A program made the position numbers and the translations under genes. The notes below the pieces were generated by a model. That model was not told where the DNA came from and did no database searches. It saw only the letters and a program-made list of their open reading frames with translations. This document shows positions 28,483-39,700 of a stretch of DNA of 42,515 bases, piece by piece. This stretch comes from an uncultured bacterium (GTDB lineage: Bacteria; CSSED10-310; CAZUFC01): positions 1 through 42,515 of the forward strand of contig CAZUFC010000040.1 in the NCBI GenBank assembly GCA_964619725.1, read 5' to 3'. The first letter of the stretch is position 1. Every line of letters starts with the position of its first letter.

Positions 28483-31400
28483 GTGATGAGCAAAAGACAT
28501 TTGATCTCAGGCGCCGGTAAAACAAAGTCGTCGAATACAATAAACTTGTTGAGGAAAAGCAAAGTACTGCTTGTTTGCCTGGTCGTTGGAATCATGATGT
28601 TTGGATCGACTGGAAATTTATCATATGCCGGCATCTCAGGATATCAACTGATTGAAGCCGAGGCCGGCGAGCCCCAGGTCGTATTGGAGGAAACGGGTAT
28701 GGAGCCGATAGAGACGGCAGGGTATTTTGAGTATGATTTCGGCGATTCGCTTTATTTACCTGATCCAGGAGACATGGTGCATTTTATATTTCAGGTTCCC
28801 CACGACGGAATTTTTTTCATAAGAGTTCGGGTGCGAGCCGGATTAGGCGGCGACTATCACATAGGGGATTATTACTGGAACGAGATATATGATCATCGTT
28901 ATTCGGCATTTCTGGACGGTGAAGACGTTTCGTTTATGTTTCATGAGGCCCAGGTTATTCCGAACGATGCGGGATATGATATGGATTCGTTATCTCCTTT
29001 ACCGAATCCGGAAGACCCCCAGGACGGCGACGGCGGTTGGGTTTACTGGGGTATAATGAAAAGTCAGGAATTGTATATTGAAAGGCCTGATTCAGGAGAA
29101 CCTCATGTTTTTACAATATTCTGCGAAGGCGAAGGCGCCTGTATCGATTATGCCGAGATCATCGATTCAGAGAGACTTCCCGCCTATGCGACTACGAGAC
29201 CGGAATTTAACTGTCGTCGTTTTGAGGCCGAGGATAATTTCGAACGAATAGACGGGGATTTAATCGATCCTGCGGATTCTTACGGCGTTTATCCCGTTCC
29301 TTTTTATTTTGTCGATTCCGGACAATCGGTCGAAATGCCTATGATCGACGACGGATTGTGGTTATACTTCGAGATTGAAGAACCAGGCTTGAAGCGATTG
29401 AAGTTAAGGCAGAGGTGCGGAACGTATAATCCGGAAATGGAGCATGATGACTTTTATAAAACCAGAGTTGAATATTGGACGGGCCGCCTGTATCGCTATG
29501 GTTTATATTCGGCTGATTCCGCCGTAATTGATGATAGTATTGAATTTGAGACGGATTTCACATCTGTCTCTCCGATAGGCGACGATCCTCCGGTTGCAGG
29601 CCAAGAAGGTGAGTTTCTCTGGGGAACGTCGTTGTGTGACCGTTATTTTGAGAATCCGGGATACTACAAGCTGAAGGTTTCTTTTGACGGCTCGACGTCA
29701 TCCAGGGTCCAGGCAGCCGTTGATTACATAGACGTATGCGATATGCCTCAAGAAACATCCCAGCGGCGCGTTTTGTTCGGCGATGATTTCACTTCAGCAG
29801 ACTATTGTAATACAGGCATGAAACTATGGAACAACAAGGCGGTTCCGCCGCCTCTGGTTTGGAAAAGCGAAGGCGAGGCCGCTTTCGTGAATGACGACCG
29901 TCTCTGCCTTGAATCGACAGGTCCATATTCAGACAGTCTGATTTATCGTGATTTTAACCTGGAAAATTACAGCGTTAAATTTCGCACGGCAGTGGGTTCG
30001 GGATATGCCGCTGCGTTATTCGGTTATTTTCGGGAAAACAACAGCGGGTATGCCCTCATTTTGAAAAAGCGGCAGACGCCCCAAAGCGGTTATGATCTGT
30101 TAATGCTTCGATGTAATCTTTCCAATTATATTATGGTGCTGCCGCCGCAGGAAATCCAGTATCCGGCGGAAGGCCGGCAGAATGTCGAAATGCATTTTTA
30201 CGATAACGCTTCCGGCGTTCCTTGCGTTACGGTTTATGTCAACGGCATACAGGAAGTCGATGAATTCCCGATCAGCGTTTATCCTAAAGGAAGTTTCGGA
30301 TTCGCAGCCTGGGCTGAGGGAAGTATTCCCTGCCTGGGGGCCGGACCGGTGGAAGCTTACTATGACGATGTTGTCGTTCAAGTCGGTTTGCCGCCCGATT
30401 CAGAAAAAGTCATTACCTACATGATTCTTTATGGACTGGACACTCCTGTTTTCTGGTGGTATTCGAGCATGTGGAGCGTCTCGACCGATTTTGAAGGTCA
30501 CAGACAAGTATGCCCTGATTTTCAAAGAAAACTCCTTGCTGTTCCTCCGGAGGTTAGAAGTTATCACCCCGTACTAGCTACGCCCTCCTTCGACGGCTCC
30601 GAAATATACGTAGCGATCGTCTATCCTCGCCGTTCATGGGCGTTCCATTGGCTTACCCGTTTAAATCCCGTCTCCGAAGAAGTGGAGCTCGTCATGAGTC
30701 CCGTCATTCCCGGCATTGCTCCGCCCCCTATCGACGGCATATTTTCAAACGCAACCCACTCAACCGACATAAACGGTAATATTTTTTCCATGACGGAACT
30801 CTATCAGGTAGAACCTACTCCTTCCCTTGTACGCATGCAACCTTTCGCTTATGAGGGGCTTTATTGCGGATGCGCCAGAAGAAGTCCCGGAGAGCAAAAG
30901 AATCTCGAATTCGAACAATTGATTGACGACAGCGTGGGCTTCCATATGGGCGCCGATCCTATGATCTCGCCCGACGGCTGTCGAATCGTTTTCCCCTCCC
31001 GAATGAATCGCGGGAATCCTACCAGCAAAGATACCTTCGTCCAGGATATCTATCTCGCCTATTTCGATCAGCGTAAAGAAGATAATTACAAAATTCATTT
31101 CGATTCTCCTCCGCCCACCCCGCCGCCGACTCCTTCAGCTCCCCAACCCGGTTCACTCCCTCCCTATCTGGCAAGCCCGCTGGAAACACGCCCTCAATGG
31201 CCCCATTTCAAAAATAACTTCTCAGGTTATTGCGTCGAATTGCAAGCTTGGGAAAGCTCGTCTACCGCCTTCTGGGCAGACGACCACGGCGCTCGACTTG
31301 ACGAATGGGTTAGCCTGCCTGTTTTTTCCGATTTCTCCTATGGCGACTGGGAAAGATTCGTTCCCAATCACGGCGATGGTCCGCGAGATATATGGTACGT

Positions 31401-32598
31401 TAATCTGAAAAATGGAAAAGCCACCAGAGTCCAGGTGGATAAATTCATGAACGAAGGTTACATGAACGACTACTTCGATACCTATAAAGACGGCTTCAAA
31501 CCCCATAAACTGGATGACGTGAACGCCCTTAAATACATTGCCATGCAACAAACCGTCGCGGACCCGGACGACCCCCATACTCTTATCTCCAACGCTTCCG
31601 TTTATATCTACGGCGATCAGATGGGACTCTATACCACTCCAGTCCCGACTCCTCAACAAAACGATGATGGCTCCCTTTATCCCCCTCCGCTCATTACACC
31701 CACTCCCAATTTCAGCGTTACTCAAAAATACATTTCCAATAATTTCAATAATCTCCTTCTCATTAAAGGAAATAATATGAAATTCGTAACCCGGACCGAA
31801 CTCGGCGACGATGCGGGTAAAAATGCCGTGTCCGGTCCCCTGTGGGCCTTTAATCCGAGTTTTTGGTATAAACCCAAAGACGACGTTAGAGGTTTCTGGA
31901 CATTTAATGAAGCAGAGGGCGACATCGCCGCCGACCGCTCGGACTTCGACAACCATGGAAATATTTGCGGTCCCATCTGGCTCCAACACAATATGGGTTT
32001 CCTCGGAGGCAACGCTCTCTTTTTCGACGGCATCGACGATTATGTGAGCATTCCTCACGACTCCTCGCTTAACCTCTTCCAAACCCTCAATATCGAATGC
32101 ATTATAAAAATGAATAGAGCCGCTTCCAATCGCCGGCAATCCATCATCTCAAAGAAAAATACGTTCGATCTCTTCATAGATAATGAAAATTACCTCTGCT
32201 TAGGACTCTGGAACGGCCAATCCTGGAGCGTCGCTCGAAGCGACTTCGTCTTCAATGCTTATCAGGATAACAGATGGACCCCCATCAAAGTTACCTGGAA
32301 CAATTCAGGAGATAATCCGGGTATGATAGATTTTTTCGTTAATTGTCGCTACAAAGGGTCTGACTATTTCCTCAGTCCTTTATCCCTCAACGACCAAGAC
32401 ATATGGATCGGCGGTTATCAAGACGACTGGACTTATTTTCACGGCATCATCGATGAAATCCTTATCGGAAGTTGCCATAATGACGCTTTTCCAGAACCTG
32501 TTCCCGCCGTCTCTCTCCCGGGCATAGCCCTCTTGACCGCGCTGTTCTCTCTGCTTCTGCTCCTTAAAATGAAAAATAGTTCAAAAAAATTCGATTAA
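28483..32598 (+). CDS. Large multidomain surface protein: 2 CBM-like modules, ConA/DUF1080-like domain, TolB-like propeller, LamG, IPTL-CTERM-like anchor
   Basis: IEAE...IDYAEI and FEAED...VDYIDV; LFGDDF...YYDDVVV; PMISPDGCRIVF; LFFDGIDDYVSIP...FHGIIDEI; C-terminal VPAVSLPGIALL...KMK. Confidence 0.8.
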   Translation: MMSKRHLISGAGKTKSSNTINLLRKSKVLLVCLVVGIMMFGSTGNLSYAGISGYQLIEAEAGEPQVVLEETGMEPIETAGYFEYDFGDSLYLPDPGDMVHFIFQVPHDGIFFIRVRVRAGLGGDYHIGDYYWNEIYDHRYSAFLDGEDVSFMFHEAQVIPNDAGYDMDSLSPLPNPEDPQDGDGGWVYWGIMKSQELYIERPDSGEPHVFTIFCEGEGACIDYAEIIDSERLPAYATTRPEFNCRRFEAEDNFERIDGDLIDPADSYGVYPVPFYFVDSGQSVEMPMIDDGLWLYFEIEEPGLKRLKLRQRCGTYNPEMEHDDFYKTRVEYWTGRLYRYGLYSADSAVIDDSIEFETDFTSVSPIGDDPPVAGQEGEFLWGTSLCDRYFENPGYYKLKVSFDGSTSSRVQAAVDYIDVCDMPQETSQRRVLFGDDFTSADYCNTGMKLWNNKAVPPPLVWKSEGEAAFVNDDRLCLESTGPYSDSLIYRDFNLENYSVKFRTAVGSGYAAALFGYFRENNSGYALILKKRQTPQSGYDLLMLRCNLSNYIMVLPPQEIQYPAEGRQNVEMHFYDNASGVPCVTVYVNGIQEVDEFPISVYPKGSFGFAAWAEGSIPCLGAGPVEAYYDDVVVQVGLPPDSEKVITYMILYGLDTPVFWWYSSMWSVSTDFEGHRQVCPDFQRKLLAVPPEVRSYHPVLATPSFDGSEIYVAIVYPRRSWAFHWLTRLNPVSEEVELVMSPVIPGIAPPPIDGIFSNATHSTDINGNIFSMTELYQVEPTPSLVRMQPFAYEGLYCGCARRSPGEQKNLEFEQLIDDSVGFHMGADPMISPDGCRIVFPSRMNRGNPTSKDTFVQDIYLAYFDQRKEDNYKIHFDSPPPTPPPTPSAPQPGSLPPYLASPLETRPQWPHFKNNFSGYCVELQAWESSSTAFWADDHGARLDEWVSLPVFSDFSYGDWERFVPNHGDGPRDIWYVNLKNGKATRVQVDKFMNEGYMNDYFDTYKDGFKPHKLDDVNALKYIAMQQTVADPDDPHTLISNASVYIYGDQMGLYTTPVPTPQQNDDGSLYPPPLITPTPNFSVTQKYISNNFNNLLLIKGNNMKFVTRTELGDDAGKNAVSGPLWAFNPSFWYKPKDDVRGFWTFNEAEGDIAADRSDFDNHGNICGPIWLQHNMGFLGGNALFFDGIDDYVSIPHDSSLNLFQTLNIECIIKMNRAASNRRQSIISKKNTFDLFIDNENYLCLGLWNGQSWSVARSDFVFNAYQDNRWTPIKVTWNNSGDNPGMIDFFVNCRYKGSDYFLSPLSLNDQDIWIGGYQDDWTYFHGIIDEILIGSCHNDAFPEPVPAVSLPGIALLTALFSLLLLLKMKNSSKKFD

Positions 32599-32601
32599 AA
32601 A

Positions 32602-32631
32602 TTGACATTAAGATTCAAAATATTGTACCCT
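32602..32631 (+). promoter_or_regulatory. Sigma70-like promoter TTGACA-N18-TACCCT
   Basis: Consensus -35 upstream of 32672. Confidence 0.45.
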
Positions 32632-32671
32632 TACTTTGTAATTGTTGTTTCATCTTAGACGTGAGGAGGAG

Positions 32672-33037
32672 ATGAAAATGAAAAAACATATCTGGAGCTG
32701 GAAAACTTGGCTGGTAAGCCTATTAGGCATCATTATGATCAGCGGTTCTTTACTGGCGGCCGGTCAATCCAGCGAAAATTACGCGATTCCGAGAGACGTC
32801 ATATCCACGGGCGGCGGAGTCAGAACTTCCGCCAACTACACTATCAAAGACACCATAGGACAATCATCTACCATCGGTATGACGGACAGCTCCAATTACA
32901 GAATTTTCTCTGGTTTCTGGGGACCGCTCGGCGAATATATTCCTCCGCCGGTACCCACAGTGTCTGTAATCGGATTGCTTGTAATGCTCGGATTAATAAC
33001 TTGGCAGGTCAGGAAAAGAAGGGCTTTAAACGGCTGA
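32672..33037 (+). CDS. Small secreted protein with an IPTL-CTERM-like anchor
   Basis: GAGGAG RBS (start 32672 or 32678); signal peptide; SENY...GGG...SANY...TIGQ...SSNY...SGFW; VPTVSVIGLLVMLGLITWQVRKRR. Confidence 0.85.
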   Translation: MKMKKHIWSWKTWLVSLLGIIMISGSLLAAGQSSENYAIPRDVISTGGGVRTSANYTIKDTIGQSSTIGMTDSSNYRIFSGFWGPLGEYIPPPVPTVSVIGLLVMLGLITWQVRKRRALNG

Positions 33038-33169
33038 TCAGATTTTCAAAAGCATTGATAGTCTGTTGAATGGATTCAGTGGACGGGGATTGTAAACGAA
33101 ATAATCTTTGCTCTCTGTAATTTGCTTTCATACTTCAACTTTTTGATCAGCAAATCATAATTAAAGCGG

Positions 33170-33207
33170 GAAAAACGCCGCGGCGGTTTGCAGCGGCTTT
33201 TTCTTTT
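33170..33207 (+). terminator. Possible intrinsic terminator
   Basis: GAAAAAcGCCGC...GCGGCTTTTTCTTTT. Confidence 0.5.
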
Positions 33208-33344
33208 GCCTTAAAAATCGGACTCTCATTGCTGTTCATAACCCGAAAAGCAATGAAGGACAAATTTTGAGCAGGAATTGTCGCAGGGGAAAAACTCAAC
33301 GAAAACAAAATGCCGATCGGCAAATGATTTGATCATGGTTCAAC

Positions 33345-34115
33345 GTGGATGAAATTTGTTCATATCTTTTAAAAGACCTGGATTTGAGGAAAAAGACCAT
33401 CCTGGAAGCGGCTGTCGGAGCCGGAGGAACCGTTTTATCGTGGGCGAAGCAGATATGGGAACAGGGAGGAACATCGCGAATCACGGCTGTAGATATTGAT
33501 TTATCTGGCGGATGGCCTGAAAAGATACGGGAACGGTTGGGAATTTTTGCGAGATACGTGGAGTTGCGTGAGGCCGACATATTCAATCTTGATTTTATTG
33601 AATCAGAGTCCATTGATATCATTAACTGTTCGGATACGATTATTTTTTTGAATCCGAGGCCTTTAAAGCTGACGAAAGCGTTAATCGAATTCAGGCGTAT
33701 TTTAAAGTCCGGCGGATTATTGTTTATTACGAGCGAAGTTCCTGTAGACGATGAATCTGATTTTCAATGGAAGAGATGGAATTTGTCGAAAGCTGTTTAC
33801 GATTTGATGGGAAAAACATGGGCAACCGAGCCGTTAAAGCCTGAATTATCGACAATTCTGAGTGAATTGGGTTTCAGGATATATTCAAGCGAGGAATTTC
33901 CGCAAAAGAGGGATACGAGGCGTTACGGGAATACAATGGATGAGTGGCGGGAAATGATGAAAAAGGCGATCTCTTCTGTACCGTTTGATGAATTAAGGAA
34001 TCATTTAGTTGAAGCTGTGGAAAATGTCTATTCAAGTGTACTAAGCGAGGGATTTTTGACGCGACCGGCCATGTATGCTTTGAAGTGCCAAAAGGTAGCC
34101 GGCGCCGGGAGGTGA
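33345..34115 (+). CDS. Class I SAM-dependent methyltransferase
   Basis: ILEAAVGAG, ITAVDID, EADIFNL, ALIEFRRILKSGG. Confidence 0.85.
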   Translation: MDEICSYLLKDLDLRKKTILEAAVGAGGTVLSWAKQIWEQGGTSRITAVDIDLSGGWPEKIRERLGIFARYVELREADIFNLDFIESESIDIINCSDTIIFLNPRPLKLTKALIEFRRILKSGGLLFITSEVPVDDESDFQWKRWNLSKAVYDLMGKTWATEPLKPELSTILSELGFRIYSSEEFPQKRDTRRYGNTMDEWREMMKKAISSVPFDELRNHLVEAVENVYSSVLSEGFLTRPAMYALKCQKVAGAGR

Positions 34116-36293
34116 ATGATGGAAAGAGGGCTTTTAATAATTTTCCTGACATTGATGATTGTTTTTTCAGCAGGAACGAATTATGTGTTCGGAGTCGCTT
34201 CCGGCGATGGGGAAGCCGAAGCAGAGAGCGAGATGGAGGTAATAGACGGCCGGTATTACCTCGAGATGGAAGAGATTGTGGTAACGGCGACGAGGACGCG
34301 AAAGCGAAGTTTCGAGGTTCCTAATACAGTACACATATTAAAAGCGGAGGAGATACGTAATGTAAAGCAGGCCGTTACATTGCCTGAAGCATTGAATGAG
34401 TTGCCCGGAGTTATGGTTCAGAAGACGGCGACAGGCATGGGTTCTCCTTTCATCAGGGGATTTACTGGATTCAGAACGCTTTTATTAATAGACGGAATAA
34501 GATTGAATAATTCGGTATTCCGTGACGGACCCAATCAGTATTGGAATACTGTGGACGTTTTTTTGGGCGACAGATTCGAAGTAATCAAGGGCCCGACTTC
34601 CGTTCTTTACGGCAGCGATGCAATCGGCGGCACATTGAATTTGATTACGGACCCGCCGACCTTTTTCGGCGAATCGCGAAACTGGGGCAGCAGGCTCTGT
34701 TACCAGTATGCAAGCGCCATGGACGCCAATATCGGCAGGGCGGAATTGAATGGAGCGTTAACCGGGGAACTGGCTCTGCATGTCGGCGGTACTTATAAAA
34801 ATTTCGGAAATGTAGAAGGCGGGGGCGATGTGGGTATTCAACCGAAAACCGGTTACGATGATGTCAGCGGAGAAATCAAACTTCAGTATTTGTTGAATGA
34901 CGATTCGCGTTTTATTCTGGCTCATCAACAGACCGCCCTCGACGATATTTGGCGGACCCACAAAACCATATACGGAATAAGCTGGAAGGGGACTGATGTA
35001 GGAAATGAAAAACAAAGAACTTTGGACCAGGAGAGAAAGCTTTCTTACATTCAATTCGAAGCGAATAATTTAACTTCACTGATTGATGATTTCTCTTGCA
35101 GTCTTTCCTATCATACCCAGCAGGAAGAGCGCTTTCGAATCAAAAGCGATGATTCGCAGGACCGGCAGGGTTTCGATGTAAATACTCTTGGATTCGGCGT
35201 GCAGGTGGAAACTGAATCTTCATTCGGTCTATGGACTTATGGCCTGGAATACTACCGGGACATCGTCGATTCATTTCAGAAAAAATACGATGCAGACGGT
35301 TCGTTTAAGTCCGAATCGATTCAGGGACCGGTTGCAGACGACGCTGTATACGACAATGCGGCTCTATTCCTGCAAAACGATGTGCGTCTCTCTCCCCGTT
35401 TCAATCTCATCCTCGGCGGCCGTTATACGTATGCGCGTGCCGATGCAGAGAAAGTTCAGGACCCTGTTGACGGAGGCGTTATGTCCTTGAAAGAGGATTG
35501 GAAGAATCTGGCCGGAAGCGCCCGGTTATCCTTTCTTCTGGATGAAAACGGCAGGTGGAAACTTTTCACGGGAATATCCCAGGGATTCAGAGCGCCCAAT
35601 CTGTCGGATTTATCAAGACTTGATACGGCCCGGTCCAATGAAATTGAAACGGCCGCACCGGGATTGTCGCCGGAGAAATTCACATCCTATGAACTAGGAT
35701 TAAAAACGAATAACAGATTCCTGCAATTTCAGACGGCAGTTTTTTATACTTATGTTCATAATATGATCGTCCGGACGCCTACAGGAGAAATGATCGAAGG
35801 TAATGTGGAAGTGACCAAGAAAAATTCTGGAAGCGGCTATGTCGCTGGATTTGAATTGAATGCTTCTTCCAAGATATATAAAGGATTGACGAGTTTCGCG
35901 GCTTTCTCCTGGAATAACGGAAAAGTAGACACATACCCGACGTCAGAACCCGAACTGGAAGAAGAATACATAGATCGTCTCATGCCCCCTACCGCCAATC
36001 TCGGCCTGCAGTGGACCGATCAGAATAATAAATATACGGTAAGAGCCCTTTGCACCATTGCCGGCAAACAGGACAGGCTTTCTACCAGGGATAAAGCCGA
36101 CACTCAACGCATACCGCCGGGCGGAACCCCGATCTATACCCTTTTCAGCCTGCATAGCTCCTGGCGATTGACCGAATGGATTTCCTTCAATGCCGCCATT
36201 GAAAACATAACTGACGAGGACTACAGAATTCACGGTTCCGGCAACAACGAACCGGGTCGTAATTTTATACTGGGCTTTGATTTAAATATTTAG
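34116..36293 (+). CDS. TonB-dependent outer membrane receptor
   Basis: TonB box EEIVVTATR; plug PGV...PFIRGF...LLIDG...EVIKGPTSVLYGSDAIGG; QGFRAPN; C-terminal PGRNFILG. Confidence 0.95.
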   Translation: MMERGLLIIFLTLMIVFSAGTNYVFGVASGDGEAEAESEMEVIDGRYYLEMEEIVVTATRTRKRSFEVPNTVHILKAEEIRNVKQAVTLPEALNELPGVMVQKTATGMGSPFIRGFTGFRTLLLIDGIRLNNSVFRDGPNQYWNTVDVFLGDRFEVIKGPTSVLYGSDAIGGTLNLITDPPTFFGESRNWGSRLCYQYASAMDANIGRAELNGALTGELALHVGGTYKNFGNVEGGGDVGIQPKTGYDDVSGEIKLQYLLNDDSRFILAHQQTALDDIWRTHKTIYGISWKGTDVGNEKQRTLDQERKLSYIQFEANNLTSLIDDFSCSLSYHTQQEERFRIKSDDSQDRQGFDVNTLGFGVQVETESSFGLWTYGLEYYRDIVDSFQKKYDADGSFKSESIQGPVADDAVYDNAALFLQNDVRLSPRFNLILGGRYTYARADAEKVQDPVDGGVMSLKEDWKNLAGSARLSFLLDENGRWKLFTGISQGFRAPNLSDLSRLDTARSNEIETAAPGLSPEKFTSYELGLKTNNRFLQFQTAVFYTYVHNMIVRTPTGEMIEGNVEVTKKNSGSGYVAGFELNASSKIYKGLTSFAAFSWNNGKVDTYPTSEPELEEEYIDRLMPPTANLGLQWTDQNNKYTVRALCTIAGKQDRLSTRDKADTQRIPPGGTPIYTLFSLHSSWRLTEWISFNAAIENITDEDYRIHGSGNNEPGRNFILGFDLNI

Positions 36294-36781
36294 ATTCCAG
36301 GTATGTCCGACCGACAGGCAAACCAGGATCATTCCGTAAAAATTCATCTCTTGCCTTATCTTATAGGCGACAACATATCGCTTATTCATAAATGCAATAT
36401 TAATTTAGCTGAAAAACCAGGCGTAATTCAACTTACGGACCTGCGCCAATCTGAAAAATCAGCATATTTCCTCGAATTTATCTTTTTCGCCCTGAATCCG
36501 GGAAGGTATGCATTGTCATCACCCTGCCCAGAAGAGAATTTGACATGTCAAAAAAAATCGATATGATGAAAATGAGATTATTTGAATCAATTTTTTTTGG
36601 AAGGAATGAGCAAAAATTTGATTTCGAATTCATTTTTTCTTTTTTAACGGAAAAAAGCCTTGGATCGGTTTGCCGGACGAAGAGGATTTTTTTGATAATT
36701 TTGGAGTGTTTAAATGGGAGAACATCAATGAAAAACGGATGTTTTCCTGAATATCAAAAACAGAGAAGGGGGAGGTTTTTT

Positions 36782-39700
36782 ATGAGGTATCCAATCGCAG
36801 TTATTTGTCTGCTTATTTTGTCCTGGACGTATTTATTCTCGTCATCCGTCGAAGCGACTACGAATGTGACGGGGGACATAACCAGCAACACGCATTGGAC
36901 TCTTAGCGGCAGTCCGTATTGGGTTCAGGCTGTCGTGACCATTCACAGCGGTGTCACGTTGACGATCGATCCGGGAGTAGTGGTAAAGATGGAAAAGACG
37001 AATCCGCATACAGACCCCAAACGACAATTGATCGTAGAGGGAACGATGAGTTTGCCGTCTTCTGGGAATCCTGTGATTTTTACATCCGATCAGGACGACG
37101 ATGCCGACGGCGTTGACGTAACTGGAAACGGATATACCCAGGGCAGTCCCGGCGATTGGGGATATATCCGTTACCAGGCTTCGGGCAACGTGTTGCAGAA
37201 CTCTGAAATCAGATACGGCGGCATAGGTCGAAAACAAAGCGGGAATCCGCGGGACCTTTACATGGTATGGGTAAATGGTGCGACAGTACATGTGCAGGAT
37301 TGTGAATTCGCTTACGCTTACGACAGGGCGTTGTATTACATCGCTCCTGCCGCAGCCTCGTCGCCGCTGATTGCCGACAATGTTTTTACGGACAATCCTG
37401 TCGGCATATATTTTGAGTCAAATTCTAATTTTTCGGCTGCGCCGGATATCGCTGATAATGAAGTATCAGCAAGCGACTTGGGTTTAATGGTTGAAGGAAC
37501 TTCAAATTTGCCGCCTGTTGCGGATATCACGGGCAATCTGGTGACGAGTCCGGGCGGAACAGGCGCCGGAGTGCATCTGATATATCCCGACGCTTCGTCT
37601 ACAGTGGCGAACAACACCGTAACCAACCTCCAGTATGGACTGATCGTCGATAACGGCTCGCCCTCGATAACAGGGAACGCTTTCACCAATAATACGGAAT
37701 TTCCGCTCTCCCAGTTGAATACCTCTTTTCCTGCATACAGCGGGAATACTATCAGCGGTAATTACAAGCAGGCGGTCAGAGTCAAAGGCAGCATTACGTC
37801 AAACGGCACATGGCCTGTCATCGAGGGACTCGGTTTACCTTATCACGTGGAAGACGGAAGCTTGACCATTGAAGAGGGTGCGACGCTTTCCGTCAATGCA
37901 GGCGTGGTCGTAAAATTCGAACCTACCTGGCCTCATACGGGCGACAAGAATTCCATGCACATCTATGGGACTTTATCCTTACCCGCTTCCGGCGCCAAAA
38001 TCGTATTCACGTCCGACCGGGATGATACGGCAGGCGGCGATTCCAATGGAGACGGCGCCGAAACCGCTCCGGCCCCCGGAGATTGGGGATACTTGAGGTA
38101 TTATTCGGCGAATACGCTTCGCAATTCTGAGGTTCGATATGGGGGAATGGGGCGCCGACAGAGCGCTAATCCTCGTGACCTTTACATGGTTTGGGTGGAC
38201 AGTGCAGCCGTACATATTGAAGATTGCGATATGAGCCATGCCTATGAAACTTGCGTTTACTATCTGGCTCTGGAATCGGGAAATACTTCACCGAACATCG
38301 ACAACAATAATATAAGCGAGTGTCCTTATGGGATTGATATGTACGCATCTCAGAATTTTCAGACGAATCCGAACGTAACCTCCTGCCTGTTTTCCTGCGA
38401 TACGATATGCTTTCGACTCACAGGGGACGAAGATATTCCGCCGATTCTTACTTACACGGAAAACACCGCTACCAGTCCCGAAGCCACTGGTACTGGCGTT
38501 TATCTGATAATTCCGCATGCTTCATCCGTTTTGTCGAATAACACGTTCGACGGCAATCAATATGGATTAACCGTTGACGACGGCTCTCCTTCAGTAACCG
38601 ACAATGCCTTTCAGAATCAATCGGAATTCCCGCTGACCCAGATTGATACTTCGTTTCCCGTATACAGCGGCAATACCTTTACAGCAAATTACAAACAGGC
38701 CGTAAGGGTATACGGTACCATCAGAGATAACGGAGTATGGCCCATTATCCAGGGGATCGGACTTCCCTATCACGTGGAAGACGACAGCATAACCGTCGAA
38801 AACGGCGTTACATTGACTGTTAACGCCGGAGTCGTGGTAAAATTTGAAAAGACGAATCCGCATACCGGTCCGAAAAATTCCCTTCATATCTACGGAACTC
38901 TCGCCCTGCCGGCTTCCGGCAATACAGTCTATTTCACTTCGGATAAAGACGATACTGTCGGCGGCGATTCCAACGGCGACGGTATTTCGACTTTGCCCGC
39001 TCCCGGAGATTGGGGATACATCAGATTTTACTCCGCAAACGTCCTCAGAAACTCAGAAATTCGTTACGGCGGTATCGGCAGAAGACAAAGCGCTAATCCC
39101 CGAGACGAATATATGATATGGGTCGACGACGCCGATGTTGATATTGTCGATTGCGCTATGAACAATGCTTATGAAACCTGTCTTTATTACGTTGCCGAAC
39201 AGAATGCCGCTTCTTCGCCTGAATTATTGAACAACGACATCTCAGACACCCCCTTTGGTATTCACATGATCACTTCGGTCGGTTTCCTTACCTCACCCTT
39301 CATGGACCAAAATAACATATCTTCTACGGAATTCGGTTTCAAAATGGAGGGTGACCCGGAAATTCCTCCGCTGCTCACTTTTTCCGATAACTATCTCACC
39401 AGTCCCGAAGGAACAGGCGCCGGCGTATGGCTGATATATCCCGACGACGGATCGACGATCAACAATAATACTTTTTATTTCAATCAATACGGATTAACGA
39501 TCGATAACGGTTCCCCGACCGTAAGCGGGAATGCCTTTACCGAAAACACGGAATTCCCTGTCTCCCAGATTAACACCTGTTTTCCTCTCTACAACGGAAA
39601 CTTTTTTACGGATAACGTCAAACAGGCCGTAAGAGTAAATGGAACCATCGAGGCCGACGGCGCCTGGCCGGACATTCAGGGGTTGGGGTTGCCTTATCAT

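Noticed and set aside
33040-33345. Cobalamin riboswitch or Fur box before the methyltransferase/TonB receptor
   Set aside because: No recognisable B12-box core and no convincing GATAATGATAATCATTATC match.
36303-36781. 87-aa ORF and the 79-aa N-terminal extension of the large repeat protein
   Set aside because: AT-rich intergenic character; the RBS and signal peptide point to ATG 36782.
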